From a virus (taxonomy: Duplodnaviria; Caudoviricetes), in IMG/VR virus record IMGVR_UViG_3300027817_000001, positions 793-64,792 of that record: 64,000 bases of DNA; one strand, written 5' to 3'. The translations under genes and the position numbers were made by a program. Shown here piece after piece: positions 62,578 through 64,000 of this stretch. A model generated the notes under the pieces. The model was not told the origin of the DNA, ran no database searches, and was given only the letters and a program-made list of their open reading frames with translations. Position 1 is the first letter of the stretch; each line of letters begins with the position of its first letter.

Positions 62578-62838
62578 CTATAGGTAAAGGTCATCGCGGT
62601 CGATATCTCGGCACCAGCAGCCAGCCTCAATGAGAGCTTCGCCGATCCAGCGCCAGAACCGATAGCGAAGGGGCACACGGACCGGTAATTCGAGAACCGC
62701 AAACTTGATCGGCTCTGCCCAGACAGAATCACCGAAGATGCCTGCGCGTCTGTGCTCCTCCTGCATTTTGGCATATGTCTCGTTGGGGACGCGGACGCGA
62801 TCGATCGCGTCCTGATTGACTCGCTCCAAATCTTTCAT
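62578..62838 (-). CDS. hypothetical protein
   Basis: AGGA RBS; 86 aa. Confidence 0.55.
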   Translation of the reverse strand: MKDLERVNQDAIDRVRVPNETYAKMQEEHRRAGIFGDSVWAEPIKFAVLELPVRVPLRYRFWRWIGEALIEAGCWCRDIDRDDLYL

Positions 62839-62950
62839 TGCTGATGTCCTATCATCTGATAGCGCACGGGAACACGGCCAGCCTGATATCCAAAGAGAAA
62901 CCCAATGCAGTAGATGCAAAGCGCTCCCAGCAAGATAATAGTGCCGTTCT

Positions 62951-63175
62951 TCATGCGACGTGCTCCGTGTTCTTCTTGACCCATTCCTCGACGTCCGTCC
63001 GGCGGTAATAGACCCGCGACCACCGCACGCGGTTGAACGGCGGACCGCCGCCGGCGTTGTTGTTCGATGCCAGATTGTTCAGCCGCCCGACCGAGATCGG
63101 GTAGCCGAGATGGGCGAGATACGTGGCGCACTCGCCTCGGGACAGGAACTCTTTCTTTTCGAGAGGGTGGCTCAC
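62951..63175 (-). CDS. excisionase/AlpA-like HTH protein
   Basis: FLSRGECATYL...GGGPPF...RVYYRRTDVEEW. Confidence 0.8.
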   Translation of the reverse strand: MSHPLEKKEFLSRGECATYLAHLGYPISVGRLNNLASNNNAGGGPPFNRVRWSRVYYRRTDVEEWVKKNTEHVA

Positions 63176-63423
63176 CGCAGCGCCTCGTCGATCATCTCGT
63201 GCCAGCAGACCTCGGCATCGTCGTAATCCGTCATGACGTCGCGGCCGCTATCCAGGACAGCCTTCGTTGGCTCGCGCATGCTCGCGATCGCAGCGTGCTG
63301 TGCTTCAATCATCCGGTCGCGGAAATCTTGCGGCATTTGCTCCCAAGGAGGCTCCAAGGATTCGACGCCTTCAATCCATTTCGCATAGGCGGCTTGGGCG
63401 GCGCGCTCAACCATCTCGCTCAT
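63172..63423 (-). CDS. hypothetical protein
   Basis: EMVERAA...AAIASMREPT...MIDEAL family. Confidence 0.65.
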   Translation of the reverse strand: MSEMVERAAQAAYAKWIEGVESLEPPWEQMPQDFRDRMIEAQHAAIASMREPTKAVLDSGRDVMTDYDDAEVCWHEMIDEALR

Positions 63424-63538
63424 GTCTTTGCTGTCCTTATTCGCAGCGGATGTTTTGCTTTAACACGGTTTAATGCGAATTTCAAAAGCCCGGAACACGC
63501 CTTGTAGATGTGCCTGATTTCGCCCACTAATCGGCCCC

Positions 63539-64000
63539 ATGGGGAACCTGACCGAGCGAGAGATATTCAGTTGCCTTGCCGAGAACTTCCGCCTCGCCGC
63601 GGAGGATTGCGACAAGCTGGCGACGCGTCCGCGCAAGGGCCGGGCCTATTCCTCGCTCCGTGACAAGCTCGAGCTGGTCGAGGGTGCCTGCCGCCAGGCC
63701 GCCTACTGGCGCGAGGATACCCGCTGGCTCCAGATCGGTCAGATGATGGCCGAGGCCCACAAGCGCGCCGGAGACTGGCTGCGCGGCATCAAGGTCGAGG
63801 GCTCGCCGGTGCGAGTCAAGATCGCGCCGGGCCACATGCACCCGCTTTTCGTCAAATTGGCCGAGAACCTGCGCGCGGCGCAGGCCAGGGCCGAGGAATT
63901 CCGCACCAAAGCGACCGGGAAGATTGGGACGATCCTTCCGGAAGCGCAGCCCGCCCCGCATCGCGACACGGTTCCCACCGGATGGCGAAAGACAGGCTCC
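63539..64000 (+). CDS. hypothetical protein (3' partial), probably resumes head module
   Basis: MGNLTEREIFSCLAENFRLAAEDCDKLA...; GC3-rich, open to window end. Confidence 0.65.
   Translation, partial: MGNLTEREIFSCLAENFRLAAEDCDKLATRPRKGRAYSSLRDKLELVEGACRQAAYWREDTRWLQIGQMMAEAHKRAGDWLRGIKVEGSPVRVKIAPGHMHPLFVKLAENLRAAQARAEEFRTKATGKIGTILPEAQPAPHRDTVPTGWRKTGS

Noticed and set aside
1-64000. Diversity-generating retroelement as in BPP-1
   Set aside because: No reverse transcriptase motif and no TR/VR repeat pair noticed
1-64000. CRISPR array, tRNA or rRNA genes
   Set aside because: No regularly spaced repeats or cloverleaf-like sequences seen; hairpins near 39.8 and 51.1 kb lack tRNA arms

Overview
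The window is nearly a whole circularly permuted genome of a GC-rich podovirus of the BPP-1/epsilon15-like structural type. The host is probably alphaproteobacterial, judging by a GapR homolog and typical small-gene families. Order: scaffold, major capsid, cement and decoration genes, signal-peptide-bearing fibre/spike genes, three tandem tail adaptor paralogs, nozzle, GNAT, internal virion proteins including a 2902-aa polyvalent ejection protein, lysis cassette (29.7-33.3 kb), leftward early/recombination arm with Bet (33.2-40.7 kb), rightward arm (Cro-like, GapR, RusA, MTases, DnaB), TerS, a cluster of small accessory genes, TerL, portal, LuxR/XRE HTH genes and a short leftward cassette. There are four free-standing HNH/EndoVII genes. 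No integrase, CI, DNA or RNA polymerase, reverse transcriptase, tRNA or CRISPR was seen. Main observations: (1) The giant gene carries RelA/SpoT-like, ParB-like, ADP-ribosyltransferase and zincin domains, and its linkers hide small overprinted genes. One is an antisense gene with its own sigma70 promoter and RBS directly behind the RelA/SpoT domain (candidate nested antitoxin); three more are in the +1 frame. (2) Small accessory proteins built from conserved motifs of portal, major capsid and terminase (candidate immune decoys) occur together with an Acb2-like fusion, a crAss001_48-like protein and a headless DUF1778-type antitoxin. All family calls come from motif recognition by eye, not database searches.
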